Shown: positions 37,900 to 50,564 of the stretch, piece by piece
Position numbering within the stretch: position 1 is the stretch's first letter
How the letters are laid out: each line of letters begins with the position of its first letter
NCBI GenBank assembly: GCA_003971905.1
Contig: RSEE01000082.1
Span: 62,001 to 126,000, forward strand
From: Moniliella sp. 'wahieum'
Lineage: Eukaryota
Direction of reading: 5' to 3'
Length of the DNA stretch: 64,000 nucleotides
Position numbers and translations under genes: made by a program
Notes under the pieces: model-generated
What the model was told of the DNA's origin: nothing
Database searches by the model: none
The model's input: the letters and a program-made list of their open reading frames with translations, nothing else

Positions 37900-39293
37900 C
37901 CCCCCATCATCCATTCTGCTGTAACGTCGCTGCATAGGTTCTATAGCTTGGGAATGGTCTAGCCTTTCCTATGAACACGACCAGTGGGAACGGGGGGAAC
38001 GGTAGTTGAGACGTTGAGGGCCAGGGCAAAAAGAGCAAGCATTCTCTGCTCAGAAGAGATGATTTCTTAGAGGGATGGGTATGGACAGGGTCGTTTGGAT
38101 CGTCGGCTAGACGAGCAGCAACAGATAGGCGTTTGGAAAGTAGTGCTGGTCCGCGCCAGGGCCGAGAGGGCGACAATAGCAAGAAATGTAAATGGCCCGC
38201 GCGGTAGAGGGCCGCGACGCCTTCCGTTGCGACGATCTGGCGTCCCAGGGCCCAAGGTGAGTATGAGGCCCCGGCTCCTGCTGCGGCTCCGGCCCCGGCA
38301 CTCGCCGGGGCGCTTGGTCTTCTTCTTCCCGTGGTACCAGCGGACGAGGCGATTGGATCCCGAGGGCAAGTGGGTCAGTGGCGAACCGGACAAAGAGCGT
38401 GTGAAGCGGACGAGAAGCAGAGTGAGAAGCAGATTGACCGCCATCACGCACACAGGTCCATCTCTTCGGACCACGCTCGCTCCGACTCCGACACGAATCC
38501 CACTCCCACTGGCTGGGCCACTGGGCCAAAACGAGGCAAGCCGACTTGCGTCGCAGCCAGAGCGAGGCAGGACAAGCCCAGCTCCAGTACGAGGCCACAC
38601 CACCGCCCCGTTGCGCCCGCAATGCCGAACCTGAACCTAATGGCAGCGGGGGCGAGCTGGGCGCGGACCAAGTTGCGTCCCAAGGTTTGGGTATGCGCAC
38701 CGCACTGTCCGACGCAAAAAGTATAGCCCTTCGTACCGCATACAAGCGCGAGGGAACGTGCAGCGAAGCCAGGAGCTGCACTACGAATAGGACTTGGCCC
38801 CATGTTGGCATAGTCCAGCCGAACCGCGCCATGACCAAGCTCCAGGCTGCCAGGCGGAGTATCCCGTACCCCCCCCCGAGTCGTACAGCACCTTTCCCCC
38901 GCCCCCGCTTGCCCAGCGGCACCACGTGTACGCGCGCTGGGATTGGGAGTGGGATTGGAATTGGGATTGGAATTGGAATTGGGATTGGGATTGGGATTGG
39001 GATTGGGATCGGGATTGGGATTGAGATTGGGATTGGGGTTAGAGTTGGAGTTGGGACGGGGACTGGGACGTGGGCCGGCGAGAGAAGTAGCGAGCATGGT
39101 GCCGACCCTTGGTGGTGGGTGGGGAGGAGGTGCATAGCTAGCTCGAACACGCACGATGGTTGTTCGGACCGGTTCGAGCACGAGCACGAGGACGAACGCG
39201 AGGCCGGCCAGGACCTTGGCCCGGTCCGCGACCGGAAGCGTATCCAGCCGTACTAGTGCGTCGTGCACCCAGCCAAGTGGGGCGGGGAGCATG
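37900..39293 (-). CDS. Hypothetical multi-pass membrane protein (may extend to ~36900)
   Basis: ATG of MLPAPLGWVHD follows a pyrimidine-rich leader. Several hydrophobic segments lie across overlapping frames. Confidence 0.45.
38939..39040. repeat. (GGGATT)n hexamer microsatellite
   Basis: About 16 degenerate copies inside the preceding gene. Confidence 0.95.
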
Positions 39294-39760
39294 GTGAGAT
39301 GGGGCTGTGGGTGAGAAGGTGGGAAGGTGTGGAGGTGCGGATGTGAGAAGGTGAGAAGGTAGCTAGCGTACGGTGGTACGTGTGCATCGGAGGCATCACG
39401 TGCATCACGCACCAGCCACCGACTGATTGGATTGAATATGAACTCGTCCGCCCGTCCAAGTGGTTCGGTGGTTAAGGAATTGTTCTGCCGCCTTGCTATA
39501 CGCTCTTCGGTCTGTGGCCCCAACTGAGTGACTTCCCACGCACCTCGCCAGCTAGATCCCCTCGTTCGCCGTCTTGTCCATTCGCTTCGCTATTCTACCC
39601 TGCCCCAGCACAGCACCTGTCTACATAAATCTACCTCAATGTACGTCAATGGCACCCCATTACATCACATCGCATCGCATGTATCGCATCGCATTGGCTT
39701 TCCCTGCCTTGGTGCCCACCTCGCACCCACACGACAGACGCAGACGCATCCCCACCGGGT

Positions 39761-42505
39761 TCACCTCACCTCAACCGCCCGCGTCGCACGCCTCGCCTCG
39801 TCACGTAAGAACGCCATGACCTGAGCGGAGGACCAAGCGTCAGGTCCAGCCGGGCGGACAAACCACTGACCTGCGCCCGGGACATCGACTTTGGTCAAGA
39901 AGCGCGGGGCCAAACGAACGAGCATGTCGAGCGCCGCCTCGGCGTCAGAGGGGGTAGCAGGGGAATGGGTACCAAGTGCCGTTTGGGCCGTAGCCAAAAC
40001 CTCGCGCGCAGGTTTACGTGTTCCGCTCCCTGTGCGTCCGAGCGCGCCCAGGCCAAGTGACGACGGCGCAAACAGCGCTGCGAGCGAGGCGGCGACACTA
40101 GGCAGACGCGATAAGATGGACGTTTCTCTAGGTCCGGAGTGGGATGCGGACGCGCTCGGACGCGCTTGTGCCGCAGCTTGTTTCGCTCGGATACGTTCGG
40201 CCAAACTCGCCCCGCGCGCAGCGGCGTTGGCTCGGGTCAACGCTGGGCCCGCAACGGAGGCGGAAGCCTTGGTTGGACTGGCGGGGCTGGTTGGATTGGT
40301 GGAGCTTGTGTGCGTGGCAGGGCTACTGGGGGGAAGATGGGCACGGGCACGGGCAAAGCGGGGAGGGGCAGGGATGTCTTGCAACGCCTTGGGCGGGTCG
40401 AGCATCAAGGAGGGCAATTGAGCTCTCGGCACGGGCGGAACGGAGGCTAAGTTGTATCCTGGTGGCCAGGCGTGGAGGACAGGGCCTGTGGTGGATACGG
40501 GGTCGGTTCCCATGACGGAAGGTAACAATACCGGGCGCTTTTCCGCGCGTTTCCCCGTCGAACGGGACCGGGGGACGCGGGCGAGAAGGGAGCTGAAGCG
40601 ACCAAGGTGGAGGTGGAGGAAGCGAGCGAGGGCGCCAACGTCGAATGGGTGTCCTGTGGCGCCTGGGCCGGTAACGTCGCTTCAAATTGTTGCATTGCCC
40701 TGCGCTTCAACCGAGCCGACACGGTCGCCCTGCGCGTCTCGACGCCCATTTGCCATTGCGCCGTAAGCGCCATCAAGTCTGTTGGTTTGGGTAGTGTCCT
40801 GCGCCCGAGGCCGACGGGGACGGGGAGGAAGATCGTTGCAACGGGTCCGGCACCGAAGGGCCGCTAACGGTACCTCCAACCCCAACGCCCAATCGTACGT
40901 GCCACAGGCAACTTGGTCCGTTCCAAAACGAATCCCATTCCGGCCAGCTCGTCCAGCTGGCCGGCAGGCGGGTCAGACAGAGGTGCATGGCCTGCCAGTC
41001 GAGGCGGGCTTGGCCATTGGTCCAGAGCCAGGCAAGTTGGGCCAGCTGTACTTTTCCCAGTGCACGCGGGCGGGAGGAACGAGTGGGACATTGTCGAACG
41101 AGGTGTTGCAGCATACTGTAGTGAACCGCACGATGCAATCGGACAACGGTACCTTTGGGACGCTCCACCCGCTCTACCGAGCCCGAGTGGGAAGCGGTAG
41201 CCAAACGCGACACGAGCGAGGTCTCCACCCCTCGTGGAGCTCCAACAAGGCCTCGTAGTGCGGCGGCAAGGCCAGTGCTGGACCAAACGTATGAATCGGT
41301 GGTGGAAGGGACGCATTTTGTCGCTGCAGCGCCTCGGGAGGGTCGGTGTGCTCTTGGAACGGATTAGCAGAGGCAGAGGTATCCCCACATTCTTTCCCGG
41401 TAAAGGAATGTAGAACGCCTTCTCCATAGGTTCTCGGTCCCTGTCCATACGGGCCTTTTTACGCGGCAGGCGCAGAGAAACGAGCACTCTTGCGGGGCGT
41501 GCAAACAGGCGCATTGGCCATGGCCAATTGCTCACGTACCTTGCGCGGGGTAATGATATCCTCGTCGTCCCACTCCTCCTCCTGCGGCGGGAGTAAGCCA
41601 TACGGAGCTCCGGCACCGGTTGGGGCTCCTCCGCCTCCGCGCGAGCTGCCCGCGCAATGGCCGCAGATGGAAGAAGGGCAGGATTCGGAGCGGGAGTAGG
41701 GATGGAGGTAGGAGTGGGGGACGCCTGCCGGCCAGTGGGACCGGGACGAGCGACGAAGAGCGGAGAGGTGGATGCGCTGGCCTGGCTCTTGCCACTCTCA
41801 GGGACGACGCGGACGCTTGCGCCTGCGCCGGGGGTGAATCCAAACACGGTACGGGAACGGGTGGAGGAGCCCGCGGAGCCGGGGGTACGGGCGGTAGCAG
41901 TAGCGGCAGTGGACGAGGGCGTGTCGAGTTCGGGGACAAACTCAGTTGCGTCCAGGTCAATGTCCGTATCCGATTCGTCTGCCTCGGACTCAGCGAGGCC
42001 GGGGAGGAGCATGGTGCGTGGCGTGGGGCGGCGGTGAGGGCGCGGCGGGGGGTCGTGGAGGCGGCGCTGCTGGCAGGCGAGCGGGCGTGGCGGGGAGAGA
42101 TGCGGAGGTAAAGCTTGCGTGTGTCCGGATCCTCGCGCACCGACACGGCGGCGGCGTGCCCAGGGGCTCCAGCAGCTCCAGGGGGCCCTCGTCGTGCGAC
42201 TGGGCATCGCGGTGGTCGCTGTCGGACGGGTGCGGAGAGCGGGAGGGGGAATGGGCGGGCGCGGGCGCGGGCGCGGGAGCGCAGCGGCGTGGTCGATGGC
42301 CGGGCGCTCGTCAGCTCGCGGGACGGCGGAGGCCAGCGTCGTCGCTGGGCTTGGGGGCGCGGGCGGAGGCGGGCGCGGGCAGAGTCAGAGCGGGGCGAGA
42401 GGCGGCAGAGAAGTACGCGCCCAGGTCGGCGTGCTCGCGGTGGGCGGGCATGCCGGGGACGTCGACGTCGGTGGTGGCACCAGCCCAAGCCGAAGCGGCG
42501 GCCAT
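39761..42505 (-). CDS. DNA replication licensing factor Cdt1-like
   Basis: The middle domain reads LPxHYEALLELHEG(V)ETSL...QLAQLAWLW. The C-terminal part has SLAERIRAKQ...SDAEAALDMLVRLAPRFL, resembling the Cdt1 MCM-binding winged helix. Start is uncertain (42013 or 42505). Confidence 0.6.
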
Positions 42506-42779
42506 CGACAGCAGAAACGAGCAGGCAAGCCCAGGCCACTACCGCCCCCGCCTGCCGCCTGTGCTGCACGCGGCCCCCGCACCCCCAGTGTGCTGCAGCG
42601 TAGATGCTCATCTCTCTGCAGCCCGAGTTCCGCGCGTTTCAGGTCCGCACACTGCCCCCCCGCTAGGGTTACGCCTGCGCACGCGCCCATTTAATTTCCA
42701 CCGCCTTATCGCCATCTGTCTAACCTTACGCCTTTGTTCGCAACCAACACGATCATAGCATTCTCCCAATTGCATTCTT

Positions 42780-43200
42780 TCCGCCAGCCCGGTGTGCCAG
42801 CCCCACCACGACCGAATGTGGACGAGGCGATGAAGAACGGGCACGGCAGAGGTGCCGTGGTCGAACAAAATATACGTTTTGCTTTCCTCGGTGCCAGCAA
42901 CAATTACGTGCTTCGAGCTCACTGATAGACAGATTCAGATTCAATGGCCTCCATCAGCCCCTCTGACCCTGTGCCTCTCCTCGCTCAACAAGTACTGACA
43001 AGTGTGGTGAAATATACTATGTCTTCTTTCTCGCTTGAGCACACTTTTTTGGCTTTTGCCCAGCACCCAATGCAAGCTTGGTTCTCATGGCTGCATGAGG
43101 TTGTGCGGCAGGGCGATCTACAGGCCCGTACACTCCGGCGTCCCGGAACCTTAGGGGAAACCTACATCACAACGAGATCCCGCTGTAGAGAGGAGGGAGA
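42780..43200 (+). mobile_element. Possible degenerate LINE 3' (zf-RVT-like) fragment
   Basis: Across frames: C...KCG...SLEH.F..CP...QAW, with stops. Confidence 0.3.
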
Positions 43201-43432
43201 CGGAACTGCCAGCGCCATCATGCATGCAGCTGATCACGCATCACGCATCGCGCTGTTCTATCCGACTCTCCCCTATGTTCTGCTCCTAGCGGGCTCCTCT
43301 TTGGAATAGATCCATCACCTCCTCTCTCTCTCTCCTTCTCTCCGTAGGCTTTTGTCCTCGCTTGAACGGTAAACAGTGGTTTCGATCCGGTCTCTCGCAT
43401 CGTTCCACGCCTCGGTTCCGGTTCGCCCTCTT

Positions 43433-44230
43433 TGTCACGGCGGACGTTGCCAGGGGCCCGCCCCGGAGGGTTTAAGGGGTACAATCCCTTGGAGGTCCTA
43501 AGGACGACTCACGGTAGTTACGCGCTTGAGCTGGTTGGTGGGTCCCCTGCGGAGCTAGGACAAGGAGAGGCCTCTCGGCGTATAGCAGAGGCGGCTGCAA
43601 GTGTGGCAAGGCTGCTTAACACCGCTTGGGCGGCAGTAGCGTGTCTGAAGCCTTTCGGGCTCAGGAGAAGGGAAGGCAGCGGAGGACCCACGCTGCTGAA
43701 CTGAGGCTGGGCTGAGACTGGGAGCGGCGTGGCGAAGGACAGTATCACACGGGGCTTAACTGGGCTGGACCGAGGCGCGGCACAAGGAGGGCTCACGCGG
43801 GCGGGGGGAAACTAGGAGTACTGAGGACTGAAGGCGAGGGCTGGCGATCTACGCCGGGAGTAGAAAGGCGACTAAGAGCGGGAGGAGTTGCCTGTACTGA
43901 ATCGATTGGCGAGGAGTGGGCAGGAGGTGAAGAGAATCAACAGGCGGGAAAGGACGAAGATGGGGGGTGACGAAGGGACAAGATGGACCGTGGGGGAAAG
44001 CCACGAGCCATTGCTAACAGGCAGGGGGACTAAAAGACCGCGCGCAGGCCAGCAGGCCTCGTGTACATTCCTTTCTCACTGCTTGCTCTGTCCTCTTCGC
44101 CACCCCCTCTCCTTCCCCCTTCCCCTTCTTCTCGCTCACCTCGTTACTTGATTACTACTCGCTGATCGTCTGTGGTTTAGAGACTAGGTGTCTCCAGGTC
44201 AGAGCCTTCACGCGTCGCTACACTAGCTTT
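43433..44230. mobile_element. LTR-like segment, left border of island B
   Basis: Starts TGTCACGG and shares GGGGTAYAAWCCCTTGGA with the 8262 LTR. The right end is undefined. Confidence 0.55.
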
Positions 44231-44259
44231 CACATCTCCGAATCACCCTTAACGTACTC

Positions 44260-45110
44260 AACCACCACACCCGTTGGATTGGTGGATGATTGATTTACTC
44301 TGATCTACTGCCTCATTCCTACTGTAGCTTGCTCCTATATGTGGATCCGCTCCCGCGGCTGCGCCCACGCCCTGCGGTCCGCTTTAACAAACTCTGACTC
44401 CGAACGAAATAGTGGATCAATAATGATATATTGATCCACCATCAATCATCTCACTCTTGACCACGTCCATTTCATTGACAGAGCTTAAGGCTGGGACAGG
44501 GGGAACGCTACGTCTAAACCTAACCGTTCATCTTGCGGGGGTTACTTGGAAGCGCCACCAAGATTAAGGAACCAGGGGGATCGCCAGGATATCAGGACCC
44601 TCCGGCTCACGCCATCCGGTCCCGTACCCTAGGAAGCGCGTGTGGACACGGATGAACGTGGTTGACATCCGAGCGAGAAACCATTTCCACTGCGCAACTT
44701 CCATATCGGACTCGGGGTTGCCCTCGGCTGTGGCCGGACGGCGAGCACGCGCGGGGGGCATCTTGGAAAATTGGGAAAAAAATGGGTGGGTGGGGTGGGG
44801 CGGCTGGGGTTGCTGACCCGAGGTGAGATGGGGTGTGGGCGGGGCAGCTGGTGCTGCTGACCCGGTTTGGTTTTGGTGTGGCAAAAACCTTTTAGCTTGG
44901 CGGTTGTGGGCTCAACCTGTAGGAAGGGAATTGCTTTGGATGCCGATGGTATTCATTCAGGCTGCATGGATGGTGCCTTATCTTATACCAGAGAAAGGAG
45001 AAGCTATCACACGGTAAACCACGCGTGATGAGGGGAAAGAGACACAAGAGGGGCCAAGGAAGATGTAGAACAGGGTCATACCCACATCCAGTGTGTGCGT
45101 GACCCGTCAC
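44260..45110 (-). repeat. Inverted copy of retroelement 5' part + J repeat + block Z
   Basis: Matches 12960-13322, then 21148-21345, then 16085-16280. Confidence 0.88.
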
Positions 45111-48028
45111 CCTCGATGCCCAAGAAAGAGAGAAGAACGCACAGAGAGACAGATGGGAGGACAATTCTGATGCCATCGCGATTGGATGGGCAGATAGAAA
45201 AAAAAAGGCAGAGGGGGAAAGGAATCCGTCGTTGACGCTGCGATCAGCCGACGGGCTCCAGCTCTATTTGCAAGGAGACAACTAGAACGCGGCGCGAAGC
45301 GCGTTCCCATTGGGGAAAAACGTGTTGTTCCAGACCAGAACTTTTTCCATGGTATCGCCGTAGTCGTTCTGGGGCCCAAGTTTTCCCAGGTGATGGAGGA
45401 AGCGGGTAAAGCGGGAGTAAGTGCCATCTGTACCATACGCCATGCCCGCGAGAAGGCTGCACAAAGCGAAGTTCCCACGGAAGCGGCGGCAGAGAGAATG
45501 TAATTCATCCTGTCGACAACGAATCCAGAGATTTTGTTTAGAGAAGAGAGTTATAGCCACAGTCATCCCAGGAACAATACAAAGGGAAGAGAGAATAGTG
45601 GACGTACGCAATCCAATAATTCAACTGCCGACGACGAGAGAACAGTAGGTGAGTGACAGCCCCCAGAAAAACCAGGAGGTCCAGCAAATCGTTGCAAAAA
45701 ATGCCAATTGCGATACACCACAAAGAAGAGCGGCCAATGGATCGAGCGGAGGTGAGCAGCGTGATTCAAGTGGGGCGAAACCCGTCCGGCAAGGTGCACG
45801 AGCAGTGGCGCGACTGCGCCAATAAGGAAAAAGTACAGAGTCCACTGGTATTGACGTAGGAAGCCGTTCTTGTGAAGCCCGACGCCAGTCCAATATTTGG
45901 GATCGTACAAACCTGTAAACCGCTGGTCGGCCTCGGTGGAGATCGTCAGCGATCGGAACTCCACCCCACCCAGATTCCACTTTGCAACACTGAGCAGGCC
46001 ATTTGGGTTCCCACGAGTACAAAGAAGGTCGTTCGTGGTGGGATCTTAAAATAGACTGCCAGTTTGGAGCAGCCACAGTAGAGCATGGTTTGGATGGTCC
46101 CTGCGCAGCACATCTGAAAGAGCGGCAGGATGGTCGTGTGCCCAGGCAGAGAAGCACTAGCAATCAACGTCGCCAAGTGCTCCACACACTTCAGCTCCAC
46201 CGACGTCCGACCCACCACAATGCCCACTGGCACAATGAAGATTGCAGCGAGCGCCAGGGCAAGCACAATCGCCCACACCGGCACCGACGTTTGGTACACG
46301 TGCACCATGGGGATGGCAAAGACAAAGGCAACCAGTAGCAAACACAGGTACCACCAGGTGGGAAAAGCCGGGTAGCGGGCAAGTTGGCGGGTGTGGGGGT
46401 CAGGCGAATCAGCCACATTGGACACTTTCCACCAGCGGCGTAGGTCGCCGCCATGGAAAAGCGGGGTGTGCACGAGCAAGGCGGTACATGCGGCATAGGA
46501 AAACGCCCAAGTCATGACGATTGTGGCGGAAAAGTATCCCTGGGGTGGGTCGGGTGAATCAAATTGGGGAGGATCTAGATACATGTCTTGGGGCAAGGAG
46601 TTGTAAACATGTTGGTGGTGTTCAGCGGTGGGTGCCAATACACGTTGCCAAGGGCATAGGGAAGGCAGGCCGCTAGGTTCCGGTTGGTGAAAAGATCGGG
46701 AGGGCAATGACCCACATGGCAACGACGAAGCCACAAAATACGTTGACCAGCGCGCCCCACGGGACGATCAAGGGTGAACTCAACGCTGTGATCACTGAAG
46801 TCCAGTCTAGGCACCAAAATGACCAGCCCATACCACCCGTCCCATCAAACAATAGATTGACCGCAAAGTTGGACGGAGCAATCCAAGTCGGCCACTCAAA
46901 TTTCTCAGAGGTGGATAGAGGAATAATGGGATCCAGTTCCACACGAAGAAGACCGTTGCCACAATCCAGAAAACGCTTCGACGGTTCCAGTTGCCACGCC
47001 GAACCCCGTGTAAGGCCGTCAACATTGCACTCGTCTGAAGCTGCTGAGGATAAAGCAGCTCACCAGGCCAAATGAGAAGACGTGTGGCAAGACCGGCCAA
47101 GGCAAATCCAAAGAATGGGGTCGAGAGATAGATAAGAAAGAGGAATCCGGATGGGAATGGCTATCTTCTTTTGTGCCACCATGAGTCGCTGCAGCCATTC
47201 CGGCCAAGTATTGCAAGGTCAGGTTGGGGCCCATCGCGACCGCAGCGACGATGGTGCAGATCCTGTACGCGAACGTGTCAGCCAGCGCTCTCCTTTCCTG
47301 TAACGTCAACGTCTCGGAAGATGGGACGCACGTATGTTCCTTGAGGTTGAAAGGGCCCGGGTTGAGGAACCAAGCCAGGGGCCAGTGGGATGGGTACGGT
47401 ATTTTCGATAGCGCAAAACCCAAACCGTAGGTGAATGGCTGTACTAACACCGCACTTGTAGACACAAAGAGTTGTGGGTTGATCCAGGATCCTAGGGTCT
47501 CCATAGCAACGAGGGCGGGTGGTGAGGCCGAGGGCCAGGATAATGGAAAGCATCCAGGTGCGCATCGTGTTTAATGGCATATGGGTCGTCTTCATTAGGC
47601 ACGACGGCACGCACACGCGCATCAGCCAAGTCCAGAACCTTCTCCTCGTCTGTGTCGTTATCATCTCCATTGTTGGCGCCTTCACCCCACTGGTCCGATC
47701 CCCGGTTGTCGTTCGTCGTCGGTCGTGTCCAAGAGTGTTCAACATGTGGACTCAGCAGTGGGTCGTTGTGATACAGCACAGTTCCATGAGCAACGCTGTT
47801 TCTACCCATTTCCGTTGTCTTCCTCGACTGTGGTCGTGGAAGGAAACGGGGTAGTGAAACGGGTAGTCTTCTTGGACGTCGCTTTATTGTTGATGTTATG
47901 CTATCAGTTGTTGGAGGCAGAAGAGAGTCGATGGCATCCAGCGTGGACGGAAGGCCCGAGTCATTGGAAAGTGGGCAGGTCCGTTCCTCATCCGCTTCGT
48001 TGGGCCCGCTCGAGCGTGAATTTGACAT
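45107..48028 (-). CDS. OPT-family oligopeptide transporter, copy 3; introns 47263-47331 and 45510-45607
   Basis: Same motifs and intron positions as copies 1 and 2. The 3' end is uncertain. Confidence 0.88.
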
Positions 48029-48039
48029 GATGTCTAGCC

Positions 48040-49960
48040 TTTTGTTTTTTTGTGGTGTTGGTGTTAGTGATCGGTGTGTTGTTGTGGTGGGTGGTGGTGG
48101 TAGTGAATCACAGTCATTGTGAGTTGAGCTTGCATTTATACTATCAACAGAGAGGTCGTCATTCCGTCTCAGTTCTCAGCTCCGACCCGCAGGTTTTATC
48201 AAGTGCACCCTTCTCATGTTATGTGTGCTCGAGACTCGAGGCGATTAACATCCCAACTGCGCCACAGGGCCGCAGCACCTAGCCGCAGCAGCGCAAAAAC
48301 CCCTAAAGCATATTGGTACGGTCGCTCCCTCTCCTCAGGCCTGAGGCCTGGGGCCTCCCCTATTATTATCCACGCCTCTCTCCACATAAGGGTTAGCTTT
48401 GTCGACTACATAACTCCCCTGTTGCATTGGTTCCGACCAACGTGGATTTGAACTCCTCCTCAAAGTGAATACCGTGTCGCGACGCGGGACGCCACCCTTG
48501 AAGGTTCTGACCTGGTGATACTTTGTCCTCAATCGCACTTTTGTCAAATTAGTAGGCCAATCGCATCGCCAACTCGTCAAGACGTTCTGATTTCGGCCGT
48601 TCGTCACCGTATCGGGCAAGCGGTTGTCTGCAATGGCGAATGATGCATGATATATATGATTGTTAGCATGTGCGATTGTAAAAAGGGGTGTTGCCCTTTC
48701 CATCCAGGTTACCCTACGTGGTCCGACGCCCTCTTGACTGATTCCTTTAGCGAATATCCGCCGAGAATGCAGTGACCATATTTTTAAAGAAAGGATGGTC
48801 TTCCGGAGTCAGGGGTCAGATCTCAGAACTCGGAGAATTCAATATATTCAATATATTCAATCACCTTCAAGCTTCAAGCTCCAAGCTTCATCGTCGATCA
48901 TCAAGCTTCAAGCTTCAAGCTTCAAACTGCACCCTTCATCGATCCCACCCACAGGACCTACCCAATACTACCGAATCTGTTCATCGACCTACTAGTGCGT
49001 AACGTGATATTATCCGCATCTCACCTAAGCTAACAGTTAGGATGGACATCAGCGTCGTCCGCGCGTTAATGGATCCGACGATACGTGTGAATGCACATGC
49101 CCCACACTCATCAATATCAACATCAGTTCGTTGACAGAGTGGGTGAAAGATGCCAGTGATCTGAGTTCTGAGTGTAGCGACGCAAGTATGCCAGAACGCA
49201 AGCGAGACACAACAGTCTCTACGATGCAGACAGCGAATACAGCGGAGAGAGAGAGAGGAGAGTATCGAGTATAAGCGGGAGCGGGATACAGGTGGAGGTA
49301 AGGCAAATACAGGCGTTGCTACAAGAAGAAAACAAAAGCTTCTGAGTAGGCAAGCTAACTGAAGAAGACCTAGCCAGCCACGTGGCAACCAGTGTCCTGT
49401 CCCTCCGGCGTGGCGTGGTAATGCATGAGTACTGAGTACTGAGTAAGGAGGGGCCTGTGTTGAACGTTGACCGGTGACCGGCGACCCCAGCCCATCGAGT
49501 TAACCTGGGGCTGAGCAGGCGCCAACTTGCGTCTCAAGGTTATATGAATACGCAGCGCCCCGGATATATATTGGGTGGTGCACATGGTTAATGCGGATAC
49601 TTTATTCGCACATTTATTCGCACACACATCAGGCATCAGGCCTCAGGCCTCAAGAAGGCTATTAGGGACTGTGGTATGGGACTGTGCCGCGCGGGCTGCA
49701 ATCAGGGTTCGGAGAATGCGGGCCAGGGAGCGACAGTGACCCGCGAGCGGGGGATGAATCGATGAATCCCGGTGTGCAATGGTCCAGCCGACGGCTGCAA
49801 GCGAGAAAAGAGTCGAGGAAGAGCGAAAACAGGAGCGTTTCCAGCTGCGCCCCGCACACGTACGGCAGAGGGTTCGCACGGGGGCTGTGTCCGGAAGCTT
49901 TCCTCCTACGGTGTCACCGACTGCCCTAGTGCGGGATCCCATGCGGGTAGGGTTACATGG
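48040..49960 (-). repeat. Inverted copies of OPT promoter, block Y and block X
   Basis: 48040-48475 matches 9543-10005 and 21630-22095. 48790-49200 matches block Y. 49383-49957 matches block X. Confidence 0.88.
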
Positions 49961-50289
49961 CACTCTTCCACCACTTCCCCACCCTACACTGCTTTGATTG
50001 GTTCCAAGCCGAGGTAAAATGGTGGAGGCAAAAAAAGCCTTTGTTCTGCTACTCTCCTCCCTTCATGCCAGAAGGTGGTGGAGTAACTAGTAACTAGTCA
50101 TTGAGTACTAAGTAATTGTGCATTCCTATACATTGTAGTCATATCATTACAGAGCTTTTAAGACTGGGACAAAGAAACGCTGCGCCAAAGACCGGGGAAA
50201 CCGCTTCCGCATCGACCTCATCGATCATCGGGCGTGTGTTGTTATTGTTGGCACCAAGCCTGATTAGGAAACCATAGGAACTGTTAAGG

Positions 50290-50564
50290 GTTCCGCGCGG
50301 TTACGTTCGACCTGAAACGGTTCTGATCCAAGCTAAGGCCCGCCTGCTCTGCATTGCCCAGTAGTCGAGGTCGGCTGGCCTAAACAAGGTCGCCATGTGT
50401 CCGGTATCTTTGCGACGACTGTCACCCCGTCGTCACTTACTTTACCTTTTTCTATTGCGCCTGCGGCAACCAAACCCTCTTTTGACACATCTTCCTTTCT
50501 ACACCCCTATAGGACCTCCAAGGGATTGTACCCCTTAATCCCCCCGGGGCCCGCCCGTGTGACA
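50290..50564. mobile_element. LTR-like segment, right border of island B
   Basis: Ends GTGTGACA. 50510-50538 is the exact reverse complement of 43472-43500. Confidence 0.55.

Noticed and set aside
38939..39040. Interstitial telomere
   Set aside because: The unit is GGGATT, degenerate and embedded in a probable CDS like the other hexamer expansions.
10007..48028. OPT copies as pseudogenes or retrocopies
   Set aside because: Frameshift density is similar to that in essential genes, and introns and promoters are retained.
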